IMG/VR virus record: IMGVR_UViG_3300029220_000004
DNA: 64,000 bases
DNA from: a virus
Direction: 5' to 3' (one strand)
The notes under the pieces were generated by a model, which did not search any database, had not been told where the DNA came from, and saw only the letters and a list, made by a program, of their open reading frames with translations. How positions within the stretch are numbered: the first letter of the stretch is position 1; each line of letters starts with the position of its first letter. The position numbers and the translations under genes were made by a program. Shown piece after piece: positions 46,735 through 55,834 of the stretch.

Positions 46735-47412
46735 ATGATCTCACAGGGAATTAGTCATACCGCATATGATGTAATGAGAGAATACATGATTATAGGAGCA
46801 GAACTGGACGGAAAATATCAGATACCGATGTTAGATAGATACGCAGGACATCCGGGAGAAGATACGGTTGATTTCAAGGATAGCTTCAGTCCGAAGATTA
46901 AGAATCACCGCAAGCTGACAGTGAATTTCTACATCCACGACTACGAATTTGAAAAAATTTGGAATAATCCAGACAGATACCTAGAACATTTAAAATGTTT
47001 CCATAGCGTGATAGGCCCTGACTTTTCTATGGCAGTAGGAGAGAATGGAATGCCATTTGCAATGAATATCTGGCAGAAGTACCGTAATCATGCATTGTCT
47101 CATTATCTCAGCATGAACGGAATTAAAGTTATTCCGAACGTAAGCATACCGCCAGAGTATTGCTATGACTGGGCTTTTGATGGTGTGCCAAAAAGAAGCA
47201 CCGTAGCATGTTGCACCAATGGAAGAATTAAATCCAGAGCATCCAGAGAAGAATTCTGTATAGGCTTTGAAGAAATGGAAAGACACATAGAACCGCTTCG
47301 AGTTATCGTTGTAGGGAAAATACCACCTGAACTCAATACGGACGTGGAAATCATCAATTTCAAGACCAGAAGTCAGAAGATCAAGGATAAGGAGGGAAAA
47401 TATGGGGTATAG
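46735..47412 (+). CDS. DUF4417-like protein
   Basis: VNFYIHDYEFEKIWNNPDRYLEHLKCFHSVIGPDFS...NIWQKYRNHALSHYL matches the DUF4417 pattern. Confidence 0.6.
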   Translation: MISQGISHTAYDVMREYMIIGAELDGKYQIPMLDRYAGHPGEDTVDFKDSFSPKIKNHRKLTVNFYIHDYEFEKIWNNPDRYLEHLKCFHSVIGPDFSMAVGENGMPFAMNIWQKYRNHALSHYLSMNGIKVIPNVSIPPEYCYDWAFDGVPKRSTVACCTNGRIKSRASREEFCIGFEEMERHIEPLRVIVVGKIPPELNTDVEIINFKTRSQKIKDKEGKYGV

Positions 47413-47541
47413 TACTGGAAACTCATTGAGAAAGAAATCAAAGACTAAAAAACAGGAAGAACGAGAACGTAAGATGAAGAATAAGACACCGGCAGCTAAA
47501 AACAAGCTTGGAAAGTTGGATCAGCTGAATAGAATGAATTA
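47401..47541 (+). CDS. small basic protein (46 aa)
   Basis: RBS AAGGAGGG. Confidence 0.4.
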
Positions 47542-47560
47542 AGGCCGGACAACCCGGCCT
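47542..47560. terminator. hairpin between convergent genes
   Basis: AGGCCGG/CCGGCCT, 7 bp. Weak U-tracts. Confidence 0.45.
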
Positions 47561-47565
47561 TGCTG

Positions 47566-48123
47566 TTATATTTCGTATAACAAATCACGTTTTTTGTACA
47601 CTTCATTGAATCTTTTAGATTGATCTACGCTGACTGGGTCGGTAAAATCCAAAGGGAATGATGTAACTGGTACTTTGTTATCCAGTAAAAACATCATAAG
47701 TGCTACGTAACTGCATTTACCGCTTTTGAGCTGTTCTATACCGCTTTCAATTTCTTTGTTAAGTTCATCATCGGAAGTTTTGGGAAGTAAGATCTTTAAA
47801 GTGCCGTATTTGAAAGAATAATAAGTTTTCATAGTTTTTTCTCCTTTTTTGTATAGTTCATCTGGCGTACATAATCTGTCAACGTAAATATCTTTGAGCG
47901 AGTTTACAAAATCGTAAACATCTTTCTCAAATAATTTTCCGGCTTTCAGCACTATTTGAAACGGGGCAGTTGCGAGACTACCTTCTTTTTCATATCTTTG
48001 CCATTGCCTTAAAGATATTCCGATTTTATCAGCAACTTCTTGCTGAGTTAATCCGGAATTTATTCTCATTTGCCTTAATTGATTTGGAAGTTTAAAAGTT
48101 TTATTTTGCTGTTTGTTATCCAT
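47566..48123 (-). CDS. XRE-family HTH regulator with a C-terminal domain
   Basis: LRQMRINSGLTQQEVADKIGISLRQWQRYE. Confidence 0.75.
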   Translation of the reverse strand: MDNKQQNKTFKLPNQLRQMRINSGLTQQEVADKIGISLRQWQRYEKEGSLATAPFQIVLKAGKLFEKDVYDFVNSLKDIYVDRLCTPDELYKKGEKTMKTYYSFKYGTLKILLPKTSDDELNKEIESGIEQLKSGKCSYVALMMFLLDNKVPVTSFPLDFTDPVSVDQSKRFNEVYKKRDLLYEI

Positions 48124-48152
48124 TTTCGCCCTCCTTATGACTTTATGGTCAT

Positions 48153-48181
48153 ATAATATGACAAAAATGGCATATTGTCAA
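48153..48181 (-). promoter_or_regulatory. promoter of the XRE regulator, with overlapping palindromes
   Basis: Minus strand reads TTGACA, 17 nt, TATTAT. Palindromes TATGAC...GTCATA (48136-48153) and TGACA...TGTCA (48159-48180). Confidence 0.6.
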
Positions 48182-49099
48182 GAATGAAATATACATATTT
48201 AGAAAATGTTTTCGGAATTTTTCATGAACCCAGAATAGATGCTATAAAAATATTTGTACAAAATTACAAATAAATAAAAATTATAAAATGACCCGTATCC
48301 ATGGAAAAATGATTTTTTTCGTTCAAAATCCATGCTTCGGGTCTTTTTGAATGTCTGTGAAAATTAGCACTCGTGAGACTTCATAGTAAAGTGATGATAC
48401 ATCAAGAAATATACCCGCAGCAAAACGTGTTGCCATCCGATGCACACGATCATACTAGAAACATTATAATTAATTGCATAATTGCGCCTAAAATCAATTC
48501 AAACGGCATAAGCCTTATACTTATCGGGCAACGATATAAAACAGCTTAAAAGTCAAAATACAGCGTTAAAACATTATGAAGCAGTAAACCGGGATACAAT
48601 ATAATAAGCCAATGCTATTATAAAGCCCGTAAACATGCCTAAAATCAATTTTGCATTTACAGTTGATAAAATACACATGTAAGCATATAAACGGCTGCAA
48701 AACGTCAAATAAACACTTGCAAGGATAGCAAGTCGGCAATAGCTGCATAAGCTGGACGGACTGCCAGAAAATCAGCGTGTAAAAATGGTTCATAAATAAG
48801 ACCGCCCGAAGCGATCCGGAATAGATGCAGCTATAGGCCTGGACAGAATCCAAGTCGGCAGTTATCCACATTGACATATATAACCATAATACGCCTGTTA
48901 TAATTTGCCGTCAATCCTTTTGGTTGATTGCGTAAAACAGCCTAGAAACGATTTTATAGCCGTATGCGGTATATTTTACCGAAAGCCAGTTATAAGCCGT
49001 TAAAAGCCGCATAAAAGGCACTACAGCAGAAAACCCGGCACAGGTCACGAACCAACGCCGCCCGGAGCGGATGCAGGACACCAGAAAAAGAACAGTGTT

Positions 49100-49483
49100 T
49101 TACCGCTCTAAATAGTTTATATGTGCGACCCGGGGCAAGTCCCGGAAGAACTCAGAAAAACCGCCGTCAGTGATATTATATTGACGGTCAGATGTCGGTA
49201 TTATGCGGCCGTCCTTTATCTCCATACAAGAAAGTTGTAAATGATCCGATTTTTTGGGCGATCTATGCAACGCATACCGCATCACAGACACCGCCCCAGA
49301 CTGGCAACGGACCGGCGGCAAGTCGTACCAGATTAATGGGGCAGCGCCGGAAGAAACGGCATTAAATACTTGTCTAGCGTCCTTTTTTGCGGCTGCCTTA
49401 ATCTTATCAACAACGGAAAAATCACCGCTTAAAATTGCGTCAACGGTCTGCTTGGACGTTGGTTTTATAATTCTGTCTATCAT
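49100..49483 (-). CDS. hypothetical protein
   Basis: 127 aa starting MIDRIIKPT, RBS AAAGGGG. Confidence 0.5.
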   Translation of the reverse strand: MIDRIIKPTSKQTVDAILSGDFSVVDKIKAAAKKDARQVFNAVSSGAAPLIWYDLPPVRCQSGAVSVMRYALHRSPKKSDHLQLSCMEIKDGRIIPTSDRQYNITDGGFSEFFRDLPRVAHINYLER

Positions 49484-49542
49484 ATATAATCCCCTTTCTG
49501 ATTGAAAAACAGGCGGGAAAGCCCCGCCCGAAATTATTTTAT

Positions 49543-49746
49543 TTAGTTCAAACAAGCGTTTATTTTTTCTTTCAGATGTGGGAACGCTTCACAAATTTCT
49601 TGCACGCTGTCGGCGTAATAATCTCCGACTATTTTATTAAAAATTGTGATATTCCCAGAGTAAAAACACCCAAGATCATTAAACCAAATATCGAGCCCGG
49701 TTGCCTGTTCCTTTTTGTCGTTGTACCACATATCTATTTTGATCAT
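49543..49746 (-). CDS. hypothetical protein
   Basis: 67 aa, RBS AAGGAGGG. Confidence 0.55.
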   Translation of the reverse strand: MIKIDMWYNDKKEQATGLDIWFNDLGCFYSGNITIFNKIVGDYYADSVQEICEAFPHLKEKINACLN

Positions 49747-49762
49747 TGTATAGCCCTCCTTT

Positions 49763-49927
49763 TTATGCTGCCATTAAAATAATTTTTATAACATTTTCTT
49801 CCCAATCGTAGAAAGTGAAATAATTGTGATCGTAATAATATTTTTCTTTTTCCAGATCGTTTTTTGAATCTGGGAACATATTTACAAGTGTTTTTGTCAT
49901 TTCTGCGACTTTCTGGCGTTCTGACAT
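49763..49927 (-). CDS. hypothetical protein
   Basis: 54 aa starting MSERQKV, RBS GGAGGTG. Confidence 0.5.
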   Translation of the reverse strand: MSERQKVAEMTKTLVNMFPDSKNDLEKEKYYYDHNYFTFYDWEENVIKIILMAA

Positions 49928-49943
49928 TGTTAGCACCTCCCCG

Positions 49944-50090
49944 TTAATATCCAACTAAAATATAATGAGCAATCAACAAAAATGGGAAAGAAGCAACCGC
50001 AAAGCCTAACAAGTAGGCTTTTACGGCATGAATAACTTTTCTTCGGTGGATTGCTTTCCACTGCTTATAAGTATATCTTTTTTCGTTCAT
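49944..50090 (-). CDS. small membrane protein (48 aa)
   Basis: RBS AGGAGGG. C-terminal TM helix. Confidence 0.45.
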   Translation of the reverse strand: MNEKRYTYKQWKAIHRRKVIHAVKAYLLGFAVASFPFLLIAHYILVGY

Positions 50091-50104
50091 TGCTTTCCCT
50101 CCTG

Positions 50105-50512
50105 TTATTTTGTTGCGTTCTTTTCTAGCTCTCTATACAGAAGATAAACGGATCTTTTTTCTGCCTGTTCGTCTGTAAAACGCTGCTTTTCTTCTTCGGT
50201 TTCGTCCAGAAGATCGCCCAGGAAGTCAACGGCACTATGAAGAAAAATATCATCAGCAACCGGGAAAGCCGTTGGGAGTCCTTGCATCCAGTCCATAAAT
50301 AAATCTGATTTGCTAATACGTCCGGCTTTATATCTGTTATCAAGATGCAACTTTTCAATGTAGAACATGTTTAAAATATCTTTGCAGATTTCGTTGTATT
50401 CTGTTTTCATTGTTGCACCTTCATATGTATAATATTCCTCGGCTGCTTCGTAGCTGTCCATGATAATTTTTTTAATTCTGTTCATAACTTCCTTTGAGTT
50501 TGTTTTTAACAT
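50105..50512 (-). CDS. hypothetical protein
   Basis: 135-aa helical ORF. Confidence 0.5.
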   Translation of the reverse strand: MLKTNSKEVMNRIKKIIMDSYEAAEEYYTYEGATMKTEYNEICKDILNMFYIEKLHLDNRYKAGRISKSDLFMDWMQGLPTAFPVADDIFLHSAVDFLGDLLDETEEEKQRFTDEQAEKRSVYLLYRELEKNATK

Positions 50513-50829
50513 TGCTTTTTACCCTTGCCCCTGTTATAATAGGGCTACCTTTCGTTTTTTTGTTGGGTGCCGGTTGTTTGTCTTGGTAGGATTGCAACCG
50601 GCTTTTTTTATTTAGTTGCTAGGAACTAGAATTTTTCAATTAATCGGATCCGGTTCTCTATGTCCTCATTGGTTTGAGTGGTTCGGGCGGTTCTGGTTGT
50701 TTGTTTCTTGTGTTCCCTTCGCTGATATTATAATACTATAATTAAGCACTAATTACAATTGACATAATAGCCAAATTAAGCACTAATTATAAGAGGCGAA
50801 TTGTGCAATTTTATTAAGCACTAAAATCA

Positions 50830-50858
50830 TTGACAATTAAGCACATGTATATTATAAT
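50830..50858 (+). promoter_or_regulatory. consensus promoter (TTGACA-17-TATAAT)
   Basis: Directly upstream of the RHH gene. Confidence 0.7.
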
Positions 50859-50883
50859 GAAACAAAATAAAGGAGGGATAAAC

Positions 50884-51084
50884 ATGGCAGAATTAACAGC
50901 AGAAGAAAAAGCGATAAAAAATAGAGAAGCAGTTAAGAAATGCATGAAAAATAAGGATAGAATTAATGTGATCTTACCGCAGGGAACACTTGACAGAATA
51001 AACGCATACGGACTAAAAACCAACGCTTTTGCGAGGGAATTAATTCTTGCAGAACTTGATAGAATGGACAAGATGAAAAAATAA
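50884..51084 (+). CDS. ribbon-helix-helix (CopG/Arc-like) regulator
   Basis: DRINVILPQGTLDRINAYG...FARELILAELDR. Confidence 0.6.
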   Translation: MAELTAEEKAIKNREAVKKCMKNKDRINVILPQGTLDRINAYGLKTNAFARELILAELDRMDKMKK

Positions 51085-51105
51085 TAAATTAAGCACAAAT
51101 TTCTA

Positions 51106-51134
51106 TTGACAATTAAGCACTAATATTATATAAT
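51106..51134 (+). promoter_or_regulatory. second consensus promoter (TTGACA-17-TATAAT)
   Basis: The spacer is again ATTAAGCACTAA... Confidence 0.7.
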
Positions 51135-51186
51135 AAAGACAACAAAAGAAGAACACCCCAGACGGGGAAATATAGGAGGGTAAGAA

Positions 51187-51507
51187 ATGCAGGAAATTTA
51201 CAGAAGTTTCGAGGGAAAATTAGACGTCGATTGTCAGGACGGATATATTATTCTCGAGTTAAAAGAAAGATACCAGATTGAATGGTTGAGTATCTGGGGG
51301 AAAACTAATAAGATTCGAGTTAGAAAAGATTTGCTTCCGGTGGAAGATTTCGGAAATGCTTCGAAAATATCTGAACTTTTTACGGATATTTCGCATGGAT
51401 GTTTAAAAGGATGCATGTACTATTACAAAAACTCGTGGTATAGCTATGAAAAAATACTGGAGATTCAAAGGAAAAACCAAAGTAACAACTGGCAGGCATA
51501 TGTATAA
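51187..51507 (+). CDS. hypothetical protein
   Basis: 106 aa, RBS AGGAGGG. Confidence 0.5.
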   Translation: MQEIYRSFEGKLDVDCQDGYIILELKERYQIEWLSIWGKTNKIRVRKDLLPVEDFGNASKISELFTDISHGCLKGCMYYYKNSWYSYEKILEIQRKNQSNNWQAYV

Positions 51508-51699
51508 AACAAACGATTAAACAAGGGAGCAAGAGAAACAAGCCAAAATATTTGAATACAAAAAAGCCCTTGGAAAATTCCAGTGGCTTATATCATGCTT
51601 TTTGTGGCGGCTTTTAGGACAGGTACAGAACTGCCGCCGAAGTCCTGACATAATTATTCATAGCACAATATCATCAAAAAGTCAACGACAAATTTTTAC

Positions 51700-51848
51700 T
51701 TGACTTTTACGAGTCGTTCTGTTATGTTCAATACAACGAAGCCGACGGAACTCAGGAAGGGGCAGGGCTGACAAAGCGGATCGTAACTGAATACGAAAAA
51801 AATATAGCCAGATCATGCCGGATCAGATGCCGGAAGGTCTGGCTTTTT
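51700..51848 (+). ncRNA. candidate small RNA unit (promoter plus terminator, no ORF)
   Basis: TTGACT, 17 nt, TATGTT (51700-51728). About 110 nt downstream is AGCCAGA...TCTGGCT followed by TTTTT (51806-51848). No ORF with an RBS in between. Confidence 0.35.
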
Positions 51849-52227
51849 GTGTGTTCAAAATGCCCTATTATAATATTATATATATTAATATTATGGATTA
51901 TGAATATCTATAATTATAGTTATTCCCTGTCCCTTCCTAGATTCCAGAGGCTGAGTTGATTAATATAATATTGTATATAGTATATATAATATACATAGAT
52001 ATAGTATATGCTGTTATATGAGATTGACTAAAAGTTTTAAATTAATAGTTGACAGAACAACAACTTGTATGTTAATACTGTTAATAGAGATACAGATACA
52101 GACCGAAAGCGAGAACGAACCGCTGGAGGGCTGAACCGGTTAGCTACTGGACAACGAACCAGAGCCGACCGGCTTTTTTTTATTTATAATGATTTAATAG
52201 ATTAACGTTATAAAGTGAGGTGATACA

Positions 52228-52923
52228 GTGCAGAGTACAGACAATAGCGTGTTAGATACGTTTAAACAGGACACAAAGAAATACTTAGATATATTTTGCG
52301 CTGAATATGGTATTGAAGACCTTATGAAAGCACCTCAGAACACATTTGAGTCAGCTCTTAGTTATGCAGGGGATCATGTATTTCTGAAGCCTGAAAACGT
52401 AACGCTCAAGTACAACAGACAGACTATATTAGATTGCGATAATGCAGAACTGATCAATTACATACTCGACTATTATATATTTATATGTGGCGTATATAAC
52501 AAGGAGTCAAATATACAAGGGTTTGCTAAATATATTAAGATTAGTGAACAGACTATGTATAACTGGGTAAATGGAGAATATAAGACAAAGATATATATAG
52601 ATACAGACGGCAATGTTATTAAGGATATACAGGAGTGGAAGTTGAATAAGAGAGGGGAGTATAGGGAAATAGCAAGCACAGCACACCTTGACCTAATCAA
52701 AAAATTAAATGCGAATGACGAACACTCACTTGCAAACATTGGAATCAGTGATAAGAATAACACAGGTGTGGCAATGAAACTCAATTCTAAATTCGGATGG
52801 AACGCACCAAACGGACGGAGCGCAGAAGAGAACAACGGAAAGCCAAAGCAGACAGCACAACAGATCGCGGACAAGTACAAGGACGTGTTGGAGCTTCCGG
52901 AGATGGAAAAGCCGGAGCTATAA
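52228..52923 (+). CDS. terminase small subunit-like HTH protein (tentative)
   Basis: LINYILDYYIFICGVYNKESNIQGFAKYIKISEQTMYNWV resembles the TerS families of Firmicutes phages. GTG start after GAGGTG. It lies 10 kb from TerL. Confidence 0.4.
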   Translation: MQSTDNSVLDTFKQDTKKYLDIFCAEYGIEDLMKAPQNTFESALSYAGDHVFLKPENVTLKYNRQTILDCDNAELINYILDYYIFICGVYNKESNIQGFAKYIKISEQTMYNWVNGEYKTKIYIDTDGNVIKDIQEWKLNKRGEYREIASTAHLDLIKKLNANDEHSLANIGISDKNNTGVAMKLNSKFGWNAPNGRSAEENNGKPKQTAQQIADKYKDVLELPEMEKPEL

Positions 52924-53232
52924 CAATATGTTGTACTTTCTGGGACTAGCGCACAATATATAGTAACGTTCAATGTTCTTTTAGGGTGTACTCTAAGTAT
53001 ACATTGGCATAACAACGATTTTTTGTGCAATATGACAATAAAACGGCGAGTAATATTCCTTGATCGCTGCCGCAGGCCGAACGAATAACAGCGTTAAGGC
53101 CAGAGCAGCGGGAACCCATGGGGCAAAGGGCTACCCGGTCAGCGTTACCAGGAACAGACCCGGGAGGGGGTATATATACAGACCCACATCGGCCTAGTAA
53201 GTCCTCCGAGTTCCCGAAAAAATAAAAAAGCC

Positions 53233-53247
53233 CCGTCAATGTGACGG
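53233..53247 (-). terminator. terminator hairpin for the minus-strand HTH gene
   Basis: CCGTCA/TGACGG with an A-run on the + strand side. A second hairpin GAAGAG/CTCTTC lies just after the stop. Confidence 0.5.
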
Positions 53248-53271
53248 AGCAAGTAAAAAAAAGAAGAGCCA

Positions 53272-53505
53272 TTACGACTCTTCTCTAACATCATCAATAT
53301 TAAATTTGACGATTACATCTGGTATGGCTTCAACCACTATTTGGCATCCGAGGAAATCCAGAATAGTAATCAACTCATTAGCAGAAAGCGTTCCTCTGGA
53401 AAACTTATTTGCCAAAGCTTGTGGAGAAGTTCCAAGATGTTCGGCAACTTGAACATTGGTTGCTTTTTTGAGTCTCATTATCTGTTTTACTTTTTGAGAA
53501 ACCAT
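53272..53505 (-). CDS. small HTH DNA-binding protein
   Basis: ATNVQVAEHLGTSPQALANKFSRG. RBS AGGAGG. Confidence 0.65.
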   Translation of the reverse strand: MVSQKVKQIMRLKKATNVQVAEHLGTSPQALANKFSRGTLSANELITILDFLGCQIVVEAIPDVIVKFNIDDVREES

Positions 53506-53584
53506 AACGATACCTCCTATAATTATATAATAAACGCAAACGTTTCAAAAATCAATAATAATTCACTTGAATGTGAACAATATA

Positions 53585-53613
53585 CTTGCAATCGCACACG
53601 CTAAGGTGTATAA
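53585..53613 (+). promoter_or_regulatory. promoter TTGCAA-17-TATAAT
   Basis: Upstream of the resolvase gene. Confidence 0.6.
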
Positions 53614-53644
53614 TTTATTTATAAAGAAACAGGGGCGTGTATAT

Positions 53645-54235
53645 ATGAAGATAGGATATGCAAGAGTATCAACAGTTGACCAGAACGAAGCAAGACAGAT
53701 TGAAGCCATGAAAGCAGATAGCGTTGAAAAAATATACGTGGACAAACAGTCAGGAAAAGATTTTAATCGTCCGCAATACCAGCAAATGATTTCGGAACTT
53801 AGAGAAGGTGACATGCTGGTTCTCCATTCTATCGATCGTCTCGGAAGAAATTATGAAGAGATTCTGGAACAATGGAGGATTATTACAAAAGAAATCAAAG
53901 CGGACATCATGGTTCAAGATATGCCACTTCTCAATACATCCATATCAAAAAATTTGGATGGTACGTTTGTAGCAGACTTGGTTCTCCAGATTCTTTCGTA
54001 TGTATCGCAAAAAGAAAGAGAAAATATCAAACGCCGTCAAGCAGAGGGCATTGCCATTGCTAAGGCTCAGGGCAAATATAAAGGACGTGCAAAGAAAGAG
54101 ATTGACAAAAAACTTTTTGAAGATACTAAAGCCAGATGGCAGAATGGTGAGATTACAAAAATTCAATTTGCTGAGATCATTGGAGTTTCCAGGGGAACAT
54201 TATACAAAATCTTAGGGGAGGAAAAGGATGATTGA
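53645..54235 (+). CDS. small serine recombinase (resolvase/invertase) with C-terminal HTH
   Basis: MKIGYARVSTVDQ...LVLHSIDRLGRN...GRAKK...IGVSRGTLYK. Confidence 0.85.
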   Translation: MKIGYARVSTVDQNEARQIEAMKADSVEKIYVDKQSGKDFNRPQYQQMISELREGDMLVLHSIDRLGRNYEEILEQWRIITKEIKADIMVQDMPLLNTSISKNLDGTFVADLVLQILSYVSQKERENIKRRQAEGIAIAKAQGKYKGRAKKEIDKKLFEDTKARWQNGEITKIQFAEIIGVSRGTLYKILGEEKDD

Positions 54236-54695
54236 TTTTGCAAACAAGGCTATTACTACAAAAAGTGATTTAGAATCGGAACAGTTACTTAAAAAAGCTG
54301 TGGCACAAGGGTTTGGATTACCAAAAGGCGAAAAAGCTTTAATTACTAACAGATTCTTTAGATTTATCGGAAGTCCATATAAGCAGATTTTAATTCCAGC
54401 AACGATAAGCCATGCAGAATTTGACCAGGCTATTTCTTACACGGATTTGTTTGGTGATCCTGAAACGGAATTAAGAAAAATTGTTGATTCAGCTACAAGA
54501 TGGTGCAGAGCTTATGGATATGAGCATTTAAGCATATTTGCAAATGAGGGAATAGATAAATTTTCTGGCAAAGGACTTGCGAAAACTTCAGAAGGCATTA
54601 TCCAGCGTGTTGATGCTGATGTGATGAAGCCAAGAAAGATTACTATTGCCGAGTTGGAAAAACAGCTTGGATGCCCGATTGAGATTGTTAGTTAA
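54228..54695 (+). CDS. hypothetical protein
   Basis: 155 aa. N-terminus MIDFANK... resembles 39658-40038. Confidence 0.5.
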   Translation: MIDFANKAITTKSDLESEQLLKKAVAQGFGLPKGEKALITNRFFRFIGSPYKQILIPATISHAEFDQAISYTDLFGDPETELRKIVDSATRWCRAYGYEHLSIFANEGIDKFSGKGLAKTSEGIIQRVDADVMKPRKITIAELEKQLGCPIEIVS

Positions 54696-54706
54696 GGATA
54701 CTGCCT

Positions 54707-54856
54707 ATGAAAAATAATAATCCTCAGGGCGAATCAATCAGAATTCGTATTCCGTACCAGCTAGAACGAAAACTCATAGCCGAGAAGAACCGAACCGGCA
54801 AAAGCGTATCCCAGATCACAAGGGAAGCACTGGCAGAATATTTTCGGAGAAGGTAG
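54707..54856 (+). CDS. small RHH (CopG-like) protein (49 aa)
   Basis: IRIRIPYQLERKLIAEKNRTGKSVSQITREALAEYF. Confidence 0.5.
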   Translation: MKNNNPQGESIRIRIPYQLERKLIAEKNRTGKSVSQITREALAEYFRRR

Positions 54857-54922
54857 ACGAATGTCGATACTTGAAAAATTCTTAAAAAATAAAAAAAGCG
54901 ATTTTGGAAAGGAACGAAACGA

Positions 54923-55318
54923 ATGAATAGAAACGAAAAAGTTTATTATGTGTACGTAGAAAACGGAAAAGCGGTTATTACAGAGGAAGCACCGGACTTC
55001 GATAAAGTTCACGATTACATGCTAATGAAAGCGGATGGAATCGAGCTTTTTATGGGAGTACATAAGAATCAGGACGATTTAATGCTTCCAGACGAACCAA
55101 TTGACGCGGCGTCCATGCTGATTAATGCAACGATAACTGTTGAACCTAGCAAATCCGGTACATTTTCACCATTGCATAATAAAGAACCGCAGACCTTTGC
55201 AAAGTACGACACAAATCAGCTTCAAGAGATTGCAGAACATCTACTGACATATTGCAATGCACAAGAAAGGGGATGTGTAGATGCCTGTTGTGAAAATTAT
55301 AAATCCGAGTCCGTATAA
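54923..55318 (+). CDS. hypothetical protein
   Basis: 131-aa ORF with an RBS. Confidence 0.5.
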   Translation: MNRNEKVYYVYVENGKAVITEEAPDFDKVHDYMLMKADGIELFMGVHKNQDDLMLPDEPIDAASMLINATITVEPSKSGTFSPLHNKEPQTFAKYDTNQLQEIAEHLLTYCNAQERGCVDACCENYKSESV

Positions 55319-55664
55319 CTGGATGGGGACACAGTGCTTTATTGACGGACATGAAGTCCCAAGAGTAAAGTCTGTTGATTTCCATGTTGCTGTTGACGAG
55401 CTTCCGACATTTGTATTCGAGATGGTGGCAGAGCCGGATATTGAAATGGAGTGTCTGGCACAAATTAGTTTCACTTCTCAATCAATTACTGATGCAGTTT
55501 CAGTTTTAAGGCATGAACTGTTACAACACGGGGAAATTTACCGTGGATTCAAAGCAAGCCTAAAATCGGCTTTAGAGCGTTATAATTACTGTGGATTACC
55601 ATTTGAGCCGGAAGAAGAAATTGCAGATAAGATACTTAATTTTATGATTGGAGAGGAAAAATGA
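55281..55664 (+). CDS. hypothetical protein
   Basis: 127-aa ORF with an RBS. Confidence 0.5.
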   Translation: MPVVKIINPSPYNWMGTQCFIDGHEVPRVKSVDFHVAVDELPTFVFEMVAEPDIEMECLAQISFTSQSITDAVSVLRHELLQHGEIYRGFKASLKSALERYNYCGLPFEPEEEIADKILNFMIGEEK

Positions 55665-55834
55665 GATTACCATTAACCATTATCGCAGTGGCAATTAATA
55701 TTCTGATTTTTACTACATTAGCTGCATTTTTGATGAGCCGGAATTACAAAGGCAATCAATTTTCCACAGCATTCTTCTTGCTGATGGAAGCAGGAATGAT
55801 ACTTAATACAGTTTTGATTTGCACTGCGAGGTAA
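55661..55834 (+). CDS. small membrane protein (57 aa)
   Basis: Two TM helices. ATGA overlap. Confidence 0.45.
   Translation: MRLPLTIIAVAINILIFTTLAAFLMSRNYKGNQFSTAFFLLMEAGMILNTVLICTAR

Larger units (their letters stand above)
50741..51124. promoter_or_regulatory. array of six ATTAAGCAC(T)AA operator-like repeats
   Basis: Copies start at 50741, 50775, 50813, 50836, 51088 and 51112. Two of them fill the spacers of consensus promoters. Confidence 0.65.

Noticed and set aside
46990-47505. 171-aa minus ORF antisense to the DUF4417-like gene, and 185-aa minus ORF 52473-53030 antisense to the TerS-like gene
   Set aside because: The sense-strand genes have RBSs and family-like motifs. The antisense translations are low-complexity and lack RBSs.
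48566-48877. 103-aa minus-strand ORF in the 0.9 kb gene-free tract
   Set aside because: It has no RBS, and its translation is dominated by C/Y/F/L with no domain-like pattern. The region is better described by its DNA repeats.
50741-51124. CRISPR-like array of ATTAAGCAC repeats
   Set aside because: The repeats are only 9-13 nt, irregularly spaced, and overlap promoters and a gene. There are no cas genes. They are operators rather than CRISPR repeats.
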